Source: Takakia lepidozioides (lineage: Eukaryota > Plantae > Bryophyta). From it: a stretch of 64,000 bases of DNA. Under the pieces are notes generated by a model, which had not been told where the DNA came from, did no database searches, and saw nothing but the letters and a program-made list of their open reading frames with translations. Both the position numbers and the translations under genes were made by a program. This document shows, one piece after another, positions 37,645-49,700 of this stretch. Numbering within the stretch: the stretch's first letter is position 1; each line of letters starts with the position of its first letter. The DNA is taken from contig CM060734.1 in NCBI GenBank assembly GCA_030704615.1, positions 6,138,001 to 6,202,000 on the forward strand. Reading direction: 5' to 3'.

Positions 37645-39408
37645 CACTGCGCATAGCCAAGTTGGAAGCTAGATTGCAAGACATGCCTCCAAACAATGAA
37701 GGCACTGTTGTCCACAATGAGGTTCGAACAAATGTCGTGGACATGAACGCGGAGTTTGCGATGCCCGATCGTAGTATTGACCTCATCATTCAGGAAGTTA
37801 TGGACGTCCTTGACCCTGTGGCCGATGAAACCATGGTTGAAGAACAGCGAATTGCGGATGAGAGAAGGAGGAAAAGAAAAGAACCGTACTGGAAACCGGG
37901 GAATGCTCAAGGGTCGCCATTCAATCGGAGATGAACCCGATATTAGATGTCGACCGCGTTACAAATGAGCGGGACATTGCCATGGCAACTGCATGGTGCT
38001 TGTCCAAAACGCTGGAGATTCAGGTATGGGTCTCATTGAATGGTGATTGGGAGAATTGGGTACAATGGGCGACCCATTTGGCCTCCAGAGAAGCACGGGT
38101 AGAGCGGGCTCTGTCAGGCTTGCAACGTGTCGCACGCAGGTCAAACCGTAGCGTGGATAGCATTTTTGCCAACATGCAAAGGTATAACGATCTCCGCATC
38201 GCATCAAGGGTGTTCGCCGGGTATACCAATTGGGCAGATGTGGATTCTATGTTCGATCGATGTGAGCACATAATTTCGGGGTCGAACATAAGCATAAACT
38301 GGGAATTGGAGATAGAGGAAGAGTGGGACACCACAACAAGGATGTCCAGCCACATCAAACCGGCCCAGAGGGAGGAGATACCACGAGGCGTTTTGTCATC
38401 ATGGATATCAGATGGCACAGTTTGTTCGATGTGTAGGAATCCATACGGCCCAGAGGGATGTCATGTGCTTGGATCATGTGGACATATGTTCCATCTCACA
38501 TGTCTTATCCCGCAAGCCTTGTGGACGAGCGCTTGCCCAGAATGTCGTACACCAATCCATCGCCGTTTCTATGAGCTGGTGGGCTTGGAGGATCGGATGC
38601 CCATAGGTTTTGAATACAATCGACACAACCTCCCATTGGATGGGCTACCATACACATTTCTGAATTGTGTGCATTGGGGCAAGAGGTATGGGATGCAGAC
38701 AGAGAGATGCATGGCATACATGCCGGAAACCCGGCATATATCAAAGATCCCCAATATTTCTGGGTCACATCTGATTGGGAGATAATCATACGTGCGGGAG
38801 GAATTCGAGATTGGTGGGAGAGATAGCAGTTTTGCCGCAATCTGGGAGGGCATTGGAGTCAAAGAAGGTCTAGGTTTATCCAGCTCCCACAGGTTCCATG
38901 GGTGTCGGAGGAGAACGAATTGTATGACCGACAACCGATTGGGAGACATTTGTTGTTGTCCGAACTGGAAGATGCTATAATATGTCAACGCCGAATGAAT
39001 GATGCGTACGAGGCGGCTTATCGTCAAAACGACACAATGATTAGGGACAGGGCCCGCGAGAGGCAGTTGGAAAGTTTCAAAAGTACCATCAAGGCAGTTG
39101 TAGAAAAATGGAGGCGATTATGGACAGACCGTTATCAACGTGTTTCGGGGACTGTATTGCCGGATGTGGACGGCCTCGTTGCCGATTTGCATGCAGCCCG
39201 AGCATTTGTTCTCGATCCACCTCCGTCACGTCGTGAGAGTGAAGAAGAAAGTCAACTTTCGCCGCGAAGTAGGCGGATGCATGCCAGAATTGCTCACATG
39301 CCATTAGGCCCCTCATTGACCACGAGATCACGGTCACAAGCTCTGGCAATTGGCAGTGCAAATCAGGCCACAACATCAAATTCCACATCCTCGAACAGTT
39401 ACGACTAG
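37645..39408 (+). pseudogene. RING accessory gene copy B, 3' part (RING-H2)
   Basis: CSMC-x14-CGHMFHLTC-x10-CPEC is a C3H2C3 pattern. HLASRE, RSVDSI, INW.LE..EEWDT, PIHRRFYE and LGPSLTT are shared with copy A. Confidence 0.88.
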
Positions 39409-39854
39409 GCTTTTAATGACTGGCAGCGTAGTACATATACAATATGTATTTTTGTTGTACCATGAATATTGTTGGAAAACACAGTGATGGCATTCCGCCA
39501 AGTTTGTATATCATCTATTTTGTTAATACACAATGCACATGTGCGGCACCTGCCAATTTCAATTGCATGAGCAGCGTTTTCTTCACATTTACACTCGTGT
39601 GATGGGGAAGAAGTAGTTCACCCTGTAAACAAATTTACAATGGTGTCATATTTGGTCATGACGTGTATATGGGTATTTGCAATGAACTCCAAAAGCTGGA
39701 GAACAAGGAAAATTGATGTTAACAAATAAGTCATAACGAGTTACGAACGGTCCGGGTCCAAACAAATTTCGCCTCGTCCCTGCGTATTTCATAATCATTT
39801 CGCAAAATCTATGATCTTTCTACGAACATACCCACAAAGTTCTCAGAGCACAAA

Positions 39855-40625
39855 ATAATTTCGATTGATCTCATATTACATTGGGACGTATCAGAGGGTA
39901 CATTGAACACACTGGCCAAGTTTCAAAGCGAACGAAAATCATTTGGATGGGCAACCATCCGTTGGCCCATTGAACGAATTTCGATTGATCTCATATTACT
40001 CTGGGGCCTCTTACATGGCACATTGAACATAATGGCCAAGTCTCAAAGCAAACCAAAATCATTTCGATGGCCAACCATCCATTGAGCCATCGAATGAATT
40101 TCGATTGATCTGATATTAGTCCGGGACCTGTGAGAGGGTGTGAAGGTGTCTGGAACGTGCTGGCAAAGTTTGGAAGCTAACAAAAATGATTTGGATGGGC
40201 AACCATCCGTTCACCCGTTGAATGTATTCTGTTGGAGCTGCTATTGCTTTGGGACCTGTTGAATTGTGTTTCGCGTGCTCACGATTTTTTTTTCATTCCG
40301 TTTTTAAATGGGGCGTGTAAGATGGGCAACCATCCGTTGGCCCATTAAATGAATTTCGATTGATCTCATATTACTCTGGGGCCTCTTACATGGCACATTG
40401 AACATAGTGGCCAAGTCTCAAAGCGAACCAAAATCATTTCGATGGCCAACCATCCGTTGAGCCATTGAATGAATTTTGATTGATCTGATATTAGTCCTGG
40501 ACCTTATACATGGTATGTTGAACATAGTGGCAAAGATTGAAAGCAAACGAAAATCATTTGGATGGGCAACCATTCAATCGCCCATTGAATGAATGGGGTT
40601 TCGTCTTCGATTATACTGGGACCTG
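39855..40625 (+). repeat. ~121-bp tandem repeat, about 6 units
   Basis: ATTTCGATTGATCTCATATTA recurs with ~121-bp spacing; same family as 470-1140. Confidence 0.88.
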
Positions 40626-41656
40626 TTACATGGTATGCCCTTTGAAGCTCTTTTTGTAGTATCTCCTGCCTCGTAATGCGGTGCTTCTCCATGTCCACTT
40701 TATCCAATATGTTAATATTCTCCACCTGGAACAGATCCACATATGTGTGCAGAAATCCTTAAAAAAACAAATGATCATCTCAACTTTTATAAGCCTCATC
40801 CCCAGCTTCCAGTTTTGATGGTCATTTGTTTTTTAAAGTTATATACACATGTGTAGATATGTTCCAAATTAAAGATATTAGCATTGGAAAAATAAGAGTT
40901 GGAGAAGCACCTCATTACGAAGCAAAAGACATTACATAAGACCTCAGCATGTTGAACATCTGGATGAAGAACCTTGCCCATCGTCGCTTCAAAGTTCTAG
41001 CGCTTCTGAAATGATCACATGTTTGTTGGTGGAAGCAGATCTCGTAGGCCACATTGATCTCGTACCCATCGAAGACTCCCGTAGGCCACATGGAACGGTT
41101 CATGTGATACATTTTCACAAATGCGATGTGATACATTTGTGAAATGGTATCACATCAACCGTTTAATGTGGCCAATGCACGTCTTCCGCACCATGGCGGA
41201 AATGTTCGCCACTTGAAAGCACAAACACAAATAATCCGTGCAAACAATCTCAAGAATCATATGTACTGCAAGGTGTTTCATACTGCCGATGTTCATGTAG
41301 CAGAATTATTTATGAATCGTTTAGCTACTCCCATGCCAACAACATCAGGTCCACTACGACTGTCATATTCTGAATTCCGTATCAGCCACCACGGACATGA
41401 AACCAGGAACTTCGCACAAAATCTCCAATTCATTCAATTTATGGTGGGCCATGGCTGCAGCCTGCAAGTTGGCCGGGGTGGCTGATACGTCCGTTTGAAC
41501 ATGACAGTCTCAGAGGACGTTGGCATGAGAATAGCAAAAAAAATACTACAGAATTCAGCTAGAGGAACAACAATAGCATGAAGCACCTTACCGTAAATAT
41601 GATTGTTAACATTGGTTGTGACAGCTCCAATCAATAGAGAACTCGCACCATCAGTT

Positions 41657-41794
41657 GACTACCATGAGTGGCATGGATAAAAAAGTAATAGGTGTACATG
41701 CGACCTCCGCACGTTTAAGTAGAGATCTAGTATCAAACGTTCGGAGGTCGCATGTGCACCTATTACTTTTCGATCCATGCCTCTCATGGTAGTG
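41657..41794. mobile_element. 138-bp foldback (MITE-like) with CACTA-like ends
   Basis: ~60-bp imperfect inverted arms GACTACCATGAG…/…CTCATGGTAGTG around a short loop; no matching TSD. Confidence 0.65.
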
Positions 41795-42073
41795 TCGCAT
41801 AGTTAAATGAGAGGAGACGTTTGCTGTTTAACTCCTACGGAACTAATACATCGTTTTCTCATAACCCTATCCGAAACCTTGGAACATTACAAATATAAAC
41901 AGTGAGTCAATACACAAACCATTTATGTTGCGATGACATGTGCCAGGGTCGAGCATATGCAATGTAGTATTTACAATGAGACTTTATTTATTACATGCAT
42001 GATCAAAATTGAGTTATGTCTTCATAAAAGAACCATTGTACCGCCAGAAATCTCATATCTACGAGACTATGGT

Positions 42074-43010
42074 CTACTCCGTCCTATATACGTCTTTTGG
42101 CTCAGGCCAATTGAATGGCTTGCCCATGAACCGAAGTAGTACATGGGCTAATGTGACTCTCTCATTCTTGTTGTTGTCGTACAACCTTTGTAGCATTGAA
42201 TGCCAACAACCTCCCGTAAATTGGTCCTGAAACATACTTTGATCATAATGAGCGCCGCCATTATTTCGTACCGCTATCTTCCCAACGGCAAAGGCCTCCG
42301 ACGTCATGTCCTGGGGGGGGGGGGGGGGGGGGGTGACATTCGCATTGAAAACCAATGCAATATCTTTTTCCACCCACCATCTTTTCCCAAGTTCCCGGTC
42401 CAGCTTGTCTTGGTTTTCAATCTAGTACGGCGAGGCTTTGCGTATGCCCAATGGGGTGGCTAAGCCCCAATCACACACCCCAATCTTGATCTCCTCGGTG
42501 CCATTTGGAAAATACAACAAGATGTTGTCGGGGGACAAGTCGTTGTGCAGGACACCGTTCTTGTGGACAGCATCCATGATGCACACCAGTGCCCATGCAA
42601 GTTTACTGCGCACTTTCCGGAAACGAAGCAAGCGATCGCATTCCTGGAACTCTGCTTCCATTCCCCTTTGTTCCAAAATCACCCTGTTGTCTGAATCGTT
42701 GCTCCATTTTTTGTCAAGGTTCATCATGTTGCGTATTGTTTCCTCATTCCACCAGCGAGTGTAACCCTCTACCTCACGTGCATTCACAGCAAAATACGAG
42801 ATAACACCCGGATGCTGGAACTTCACTACCAAACACTCGTCGTTATGTTGTCTCAACATATTTTCTGGATTTTTGGACTTGGGTTTTTTTCCCGCTAGCT
42901 CCCATCGCTCCGATATTCTAGAATCGCCAACAATCCTACAGTGACGGACCTTAGCGTACTCTCCTTCTTTGTAAGGGCCAATCTCTACCACCTTCGCAGT
43001 AGAGTTCAGG
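42074..43010 (-). pseudogene. Intronless eukaryotic-type protein kinase, 5'-truncated, one in-frame stop
   Basis: EGEYAKV (G-loop-like), LAGK, HPGV, VLHNDLSPDNILL (catalytic loop) and VCDWGLA (DFG equivalent). ORFs 42422-42991 and 42074-42373 are in frame. Confidence 0.88.
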
Positions 43011-43029
43011 TAATAAAGACCAATTGTGC

Positions 43030-43723
43030 CTCCCCCGCCCGAGTATCATACTATTGAGACCCGCCACCCAAATTTTTGGTGGACCCTGCTTGAGTTAGAA
43101 CCGGAGAGAGCCATCTCGCCAGTTACCCGGCCCAAGTTGGGACCGGCGGGGGCCAACTTGGCTTACTACATGGAACCGGACTTTAACCTTGAAAATCAGC
43201 CGGGTAGTAACTTTTAGACAAGACCTTGAGATTTTATTACAACCTAGCTGCATTCATGGGTAGTAATTATGCAGCCACATGGGGTCCGCATTTAAGAGGA
43301 CTGTCAGTCAAAGGCTTTTGGAAGGAAAACCCAAAACCTTCAAAGCTCATATGCAGTTATTATTATTATTATTTTTCAACCAAATCTGGTCCACTTATTA
43401 TTATTATTATTATTATTTTATTGTGATTCTTCATATTTCATTTTTTTCCCTTTGTTTTTTTCCTTTCTTTCAGAATCTTAATGTATTATAACTGAAAATC
43501 AGGTTATATTGATAACCGTTGTATGGACCCGGTGCTGTTCCACTTGGATAATGACATATTGATAACGTGAGAATTTTTTTTTTGAGACCCCTCTATTGAT
43601 AACCGCTAACTGCACAATTTCCAAACCCCTACATTATATATAACCGCCTCCACACCGTTTTAAGCAAAGATGCCTTACCCGGACCCTTCAATATGCCCAA
43701 ATTGTCATACCCGCCCAACACTC
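43030..43723. mobile_element. Probable non-autonomous DNA-transposon fragment between kinase and LTR
   Basis: Abrupt junctions, repeated TGATAACC motifs, and an end CATACCCGCCCAACACTCG. No TIR pair or TSD confirmed. Confidence 0.35.
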
Positions 43724-46338
43724 GTCAGGACGACTTCAAACGGCAAAGCGTGGAATTGTTAGCAGTGCGGGACAACTGGAGGGGACTCCGGACAACCTAT
43801 GACTCAGTGGCAGGGTCAAAGATCCCAGAGCCATCTCCAAGGATTTGATTTCCAAAAATGCCACAAAATCTGTGTATAGCGAAAATACGACGAATGGCGA
43901 GAAGCGCAACCTTTTACCACCAATGGAGCTGAGAATTTACAGGCTGATACGGGGTATATAATTGTAGTTTGTCACCAAGTTTGGTGATTTATGGAGCTGA
44001 TTAGCAGCGGGGCCAAATTATTGAGTCGACGGCACTCACGGGGCCTATTATTTGCATTTCTACTTCTTGGATGGATGAAAAATCCTGGAATTCGCCTTGA
44101 GGAGCTGGATGGATGAAATTACAACTTGCGCCAATTGGTCATCCAATTGGATGGATGAAAATCCAGCTTTCATTTGCCTCTAAGACTTTTCATCCATGTT
44201 GAATATTATATTATAGATCCTCCAAGGAAACAATAGTTTAATGAATATTTTCTATTAGTTTATTAGGCTCAAAAACAGTACAAAAGAAGGGCAAGGCTTC
44301 CCTTGTTCTTCATCTAGTTCTTCCTCTTGTTGTTGTAGTGTTGTTAGTTTGAGGCTTGAGGAGGCTAGATCCTAGGGAGTGGAGCTTGAAACTCCATAGT
44401 TAAGTAGAATTCTTGTGAGCTAAGGCAAGCGGCCTAGCTTGTGGGCCTTTGAGCCATTTCATTTCTGAAGGAAGAGGGCAATTTCATGTAGAGGAAAGTG
44501 ACTTGAGGACGAGTAGGAGGGGCTGGTGTGGACTTATGGACGAGAGCCCAAGTGGAGGCCGCATAGAGTACCATTACTTGAGTCGATAGAGCATCCCAAG
44601 CACTCTCGCATAGAAAGGTTGATCCCATCTTACCATTTCACCATTTATGTATGTTATTTTTCAAGCAAAGCTTGAAGTTCAAAATCTGATTTAGGCTCTT
44701 AAAAAGAGGAGAGTGCATTGTGGAATCCCACTATTTCATGTCTAGAATTGACAAGGGGAAGAACCCCATAGCCTATTGGAAATGGTACCAATAGAGGCTT
44801 GTATTTGAATTGTTTGAAGAAATAATCTTTGTGTTTGATTACTAATTTGAAATATAGCCAGCTCTGGCAACGGTAGGCCAGTAGGCTAGATCTATGATAT
44901 AAGGCCACTATAAGGCCACTATGTGCTAATCCCCCCCCCCCCCAACTAGCAAGCCAAAGGCCTAGGGAGGGTGGGTTGTATTTTTTTTGTCTTGGGGTTT
45001 GGGCGGGCTGATTTCGCTTGACAGTAGCTGCCCCAAGGTCGCGAGCAGCCGGGAGGAGCCCGGGTGCTGCGCCTAGAGAGTAAGCACTCGATTACTAAAA
45101 ACGTGGAGGCCGTGGCCCAGCCACGACGTATGTACGGGGAGCGGGGCCCCAGCGCTGACCTTAAGTTGTACTGAGATCAAGTACATCAGCCGCGTGGCTC
45201 AGGCGTGAGGCCCGGAAGCGTGCGAGCAGGGTGTGGGTCTTTACCCGCGGGATAACCAAAAGCTGAGACAGACCGGCGGACGCCGGCGTTAACCGCAGCG
45301 GTCCGTCGGTTTGGACCGCTACGCGCGGAGCTGCGCCCCGCCACGTAGCGGGGGCATTTTACCCAACGGGCAATGCGTCTGCAAATTCCCTTAAAGGGGG
45401 GTATTCTTACCTTTAGCTATTAGATTCAATTTATACCCCTCTAAGGGTTAGGAGCCATTATCTAGGGCGCCAGTAGTAGATAAAATCTAGGATTTTGGGA
45501 GGACGTAGCCTTGGAGGGGGGCGTTCTTATGACTCCAAGAGAGAGCCAAGCGGGTCTGTGAGCAGTGAGCTAGAGGCGGAGACCTCGAGAGACAAGGGAA
45601 GAGAGAAAGTACTCTGTCCTAAAAACTCGGCTACAGTGCGTCTTTGTGTCAGAGCCCAAGGTAGAGGATGACTTTCTCCACGGAGCGAAAGCGCATCAGC
45701 GCCTTAAAATAATGTAAATGGGTGAAATCTGGCTTGGACCCACCAGTGGTTATTTTATTATTTACGCATGCATGTTCTGGACTAACGAATGTAGTGGCAG
45801 GGATGAGCTCTCAGCGAAATTCATTCATCCGATAGAGCCGCGGCAGTTCCTCGCGGTAGGGGACGGTTCCCGGGTGTCCCTCGGTTCTCATTGGGTTCCC
45901 ACAGGTATCTTTAGGCGCCAAGGGTATCTTTGGATTCCCCACATGATTTCCCACATGATGAGGTATTTTTTCCTGATTTTCTTAATTTCTTTTATTTTTC
46001 AGCATTTCTGATTTGCAAAATTGCTTAAATATGATAGATGCATGTGGTGCTCGTTATAGCTTGAAGGGCGTTGATTAAACTGATTGAACTTATTGAGTTG
46101 AGGGGCTAGAACCACCTTATTGAACTTGGTGAACCTATTGGATTATGATAGGTATTTTGGCCACTCCTTTGCTAAGACAAAGTATTTTAGGCACTGAGGT
46201 AGGAAGCGTTGGCCCTTCCATCAGAGATGACTTGAACTTAAGCACTTGGTGAAGGAGGGGCATTGGGAGAGGAAGATTTTCCCTCTTCTTCCTAGGCTCG
46301 GCAGGTGCCTTGTGAAGGGATTAAAACATGTCCCGGTT
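43724..46338 (+). repeat. 5' LTR (truncated at both ends)
   Basis: Collinear high similarity to 54285-56889. Confidence 0.9.
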
Positions 46339-46749
46339 ACTGCTACCTTCCTTTGGTGGTATTATATTTCCCCCTGGGCTGTGCCTTTGTGCTTGGTGCT
46401 CGAACAAGGTGTTTTCTTTTTTTCTTTTTTCTTTTTTTTTTCTTTTAAAAAAATATTATTAAATTTAAATAATAATTTTAAAAAAAACACATGGGAGCGA
46501 CAGCTCATAAATCAGGCCCCTTAGTTATAGTTAGAGGAGAAAATAACCTCTTTCTAGGGTAAAACACCCTATGACCGTTATAGTTCCTATGACCGTTCAC
46601 CTCATAATTGCTTGGGTCAGGCCTGCATGAGCGACCATGGATGGGCCCAAGATTGCTCATTTTTGCCACTTGGCAAACAGTTGTTTGATAGAACCCCCAA
46701 GAAATATGAGTGGTCATAGGGCTCAAACTTCACACAAGTCACCAGTGTC

Positions 46750-49700
46750 TTGATGGCATTGGCCAGGATCCGCCAAGGCCCCACAGAGGAGGTGGCGGAC
46801 TTTGAAATGCGATTTCGGGAGTTGATGCGACTCCAAAACTCTTTAACTCCCCTAGATGATGGGGTACTAAAGGATTGTTTTTTGAGTGGATTACGAGAGA
46901 CTACTCACTTTCATGTTTTGCAGCAAAGACCTGCAACACTGGTAGATGCCATACAAGCCGGCAAGGAGTTCGACAACATGCATCGCCAGGTACAACGGGC
47001 CAAGATGCCCGACTTTGCACTTCCATCATACATTACGATCGAGCCCACGCAGGAGCCGACGCCATTAGCGGTGATTCAACCCGCTCTACACTATACGCCG
47101 TCATATGTAGGAGGAGCACGGCCATACGCCCCCTACACCAGCAGTAGCACCGACCGTGCCACAGTATACGAATGCTGCCCCTACTAACTCGTATGCAAAT
47201 TCCACTGGGCAGTCTGATTCACGGGTGGGCCATTTGGAGGCGCAAGTCACCTCTCTCATCAAAACCATCAAAACAATGGGCGATCGCATGAGCTCCATCG
47301 GCCAGCTACGTGGGGTAGCAAGATGCTGCTCCAGTAGTAGAATCCGGCCCCAACCCGGCAGAGGTATGGTGCTCCAACTGCGACGGTCCTGGGCATGCTG
47401 CTCAACATTGTCCTTATCCCACCCGGGAGAGGCAGGTAAGCCGAAACCCGACTTATCAGGATAAATCAAAATGACAATTTAGTCAATCCAGGAAAGGTTG
47501 TCAAAAATGTGGCAGAACCACACACCCAACAGAAGACTATTGGAGTGATATAATATGTTTACATTGCGGCCAAAGAAGCCATCCCTTGGAGAGATGTTTG
47601 CGGAGATAGGTGGACCGACCGGCCCCTGCCACCATCCAGCAAGTAGAGAGGAATTTGGAAGGGCAACGAGCCCCATTCCCGGATCAGCATGTGACTGAAC
47701 CACCCAACCCTCTACCGCAACAACATAGCATGTATTTTGCTACCTCAACGCAGATAGCACAACGACCTAGGCCGGATCAGGCAGGTCCATCATACTCAGG
47801 GGGCAATGCCGCTCAGGGACAGGCTGCCCAAGCAGCTTATTCAAATCATGCGGCTCAGATAGCCCAGGGTTCTTCTAACACGTGGTCTCCCCCCTCAGGA
47901 TGTAAGGATGCAGGGAGGACATCAAGCGTCTACCTCGGCGCCGCCTCAGCAACAGCAGACCAACGTACAACCCAATCATACAACGCACCTTCAAGAGACG
48001 CAGCACCAAGTAAATTGGATTGCGAGTGAGCCGGAGGCCACTCCAACAGCGACAGCTAGCCACGGAAAAGGTAGCTACGCAGTGATGACCCGACAACAAC
48101 AAGATACGCTAGGGAAAGGCCTTGGGTATAAGGCGCCGGAGTCAGCCACATCCACACCGGAACGGGAGGATCTGAACTTCACAGTAATGAAGTCAGATGC
48201 ACGAAAGGTGGCGGAGACTGTGCTTCGGGAGGAGGAAGACATCCATCCCAAAGAAAAGGAGGTAGCATTCGCAGAGGCAGAATCTCCAATAGTCTGACCA
48301 ACCATTTCTCGACCCCCTGTATCAAGAGCAAAGAGTCCGGCGAATCGGCCGGCGGCACCAGAAAAGCTTCCCCGGAGGAGGATGCATTCAACTATGCGGT
48401 TCACAGACGAGCTGGAACCGTACAATCTAATGGAGGATCTTCGCCATATACAAGCAAACATTACGTTTGCACAACTCATAGCCATGGCTCCTACAGTCCG
48501 CCACGCTCTTAAGGCATCATTGGTGAGGAAGTGAGTGAGCATTTCTGCTCAGGCCCACCATATCAATGCTCACATCGACCTAGGACCAGTAGAGATAGAA
48601 GTGGACATTGCTGACCGATTCATACGGCGTTGTTTAGTGGATGATGGGAGCTCAGTCAACATCATCCAAACTGGGTTTGAACATGACAGGGGAATCCCCT
48701 CTAACAATCAGGCTAGCTGACCAGCGGAAGATCCGACCAATGGGTCACATAGCAAATGTAAAGATGAAGACAGGAAGCTACACGTATGCAGTAGACTTCC
48801 AAATCATAGACTTCCCCATCGACGAATATTCATATGCACTCCTATTAGGGAGGCCATGGTTGGTCCAGTCCAGGGCACGAACGGACTGGGGGCAGGCACC
48901 ATTACTTATGGGGTAAGACCTTACACTACTACTGTTGCATTTCTTTCTAGAGCACCTCACGAAGAAACAGATGAATCATGAGGATGAGCTCAGCATGATT
49001 GGTTCTGAAGAGGAGTCTGCAGACTTGAGTGAGGAGGATTTGTGGTCAGAGGGAGAGCTCCTCCCCACCTCGCACGCCCACCGAGTTTTAGCAACAACTA
49101 CCGCGCCTCATAGGGAGATTAAGCGAAGAAAGATAGGACTAGAAGACGCAGTCAAGTCTCTAGGACCGGGATTGTATGAATGCGAGTCTGATGCAGACTG
49201 CATGGCCTGGTTATTCAGAGAAAACCAAGGCAGGGAAGTGATGGTACACTCGGTATCAACCGAGGCACTTCCAGAGTTTGAGTCATTGACCGAACTTTTT
49301 TCCATATCCGCCGAACAGGTTGGTCTGCAGGAACAAGAGATTCCTCAGGAGGAAAACGGCGAGATTCTGGATATGAGAATTGTAGAGGAGGTCGACCTAG
49401 AAAGGGATGTCCTGAAATATAGTGCCCCCTACATTCCTTATTTGCAGCAGGGATCAAACAGATCTCGATTTGAGCCGAGGTCGTGTTTCACATCGGAACC
49501 AACGACGCAATTGATCGACATGGCAGTTGGAGGAGAGTCACAAAAGATGGTGAAGGTGGGAGCCCACTTGACAACAGAGCAGGCCTTGGAGTATCAGGCA
49601 CTGTTCAAGGAATTTCGGGACATCTTTGCATGGTCCTACACCGAATTGAAGGGAGTGCCTTCTTACGTGGCAATGCATTCCATTCCCCTGATTCCGGGAG

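Larger units (their letters stand above)
25268..40625 (+). mobile_element. Composite hAT unit, copy B (contains the nested CACTA)
   Basis: Sharp left junction at 25268-25272 (CCCGGTTATCAGCGTC), followed by array, hAT, array, RING gene and 121-bp array, collinear with copy A. The right terminus was not found. Confidence 0.7.
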
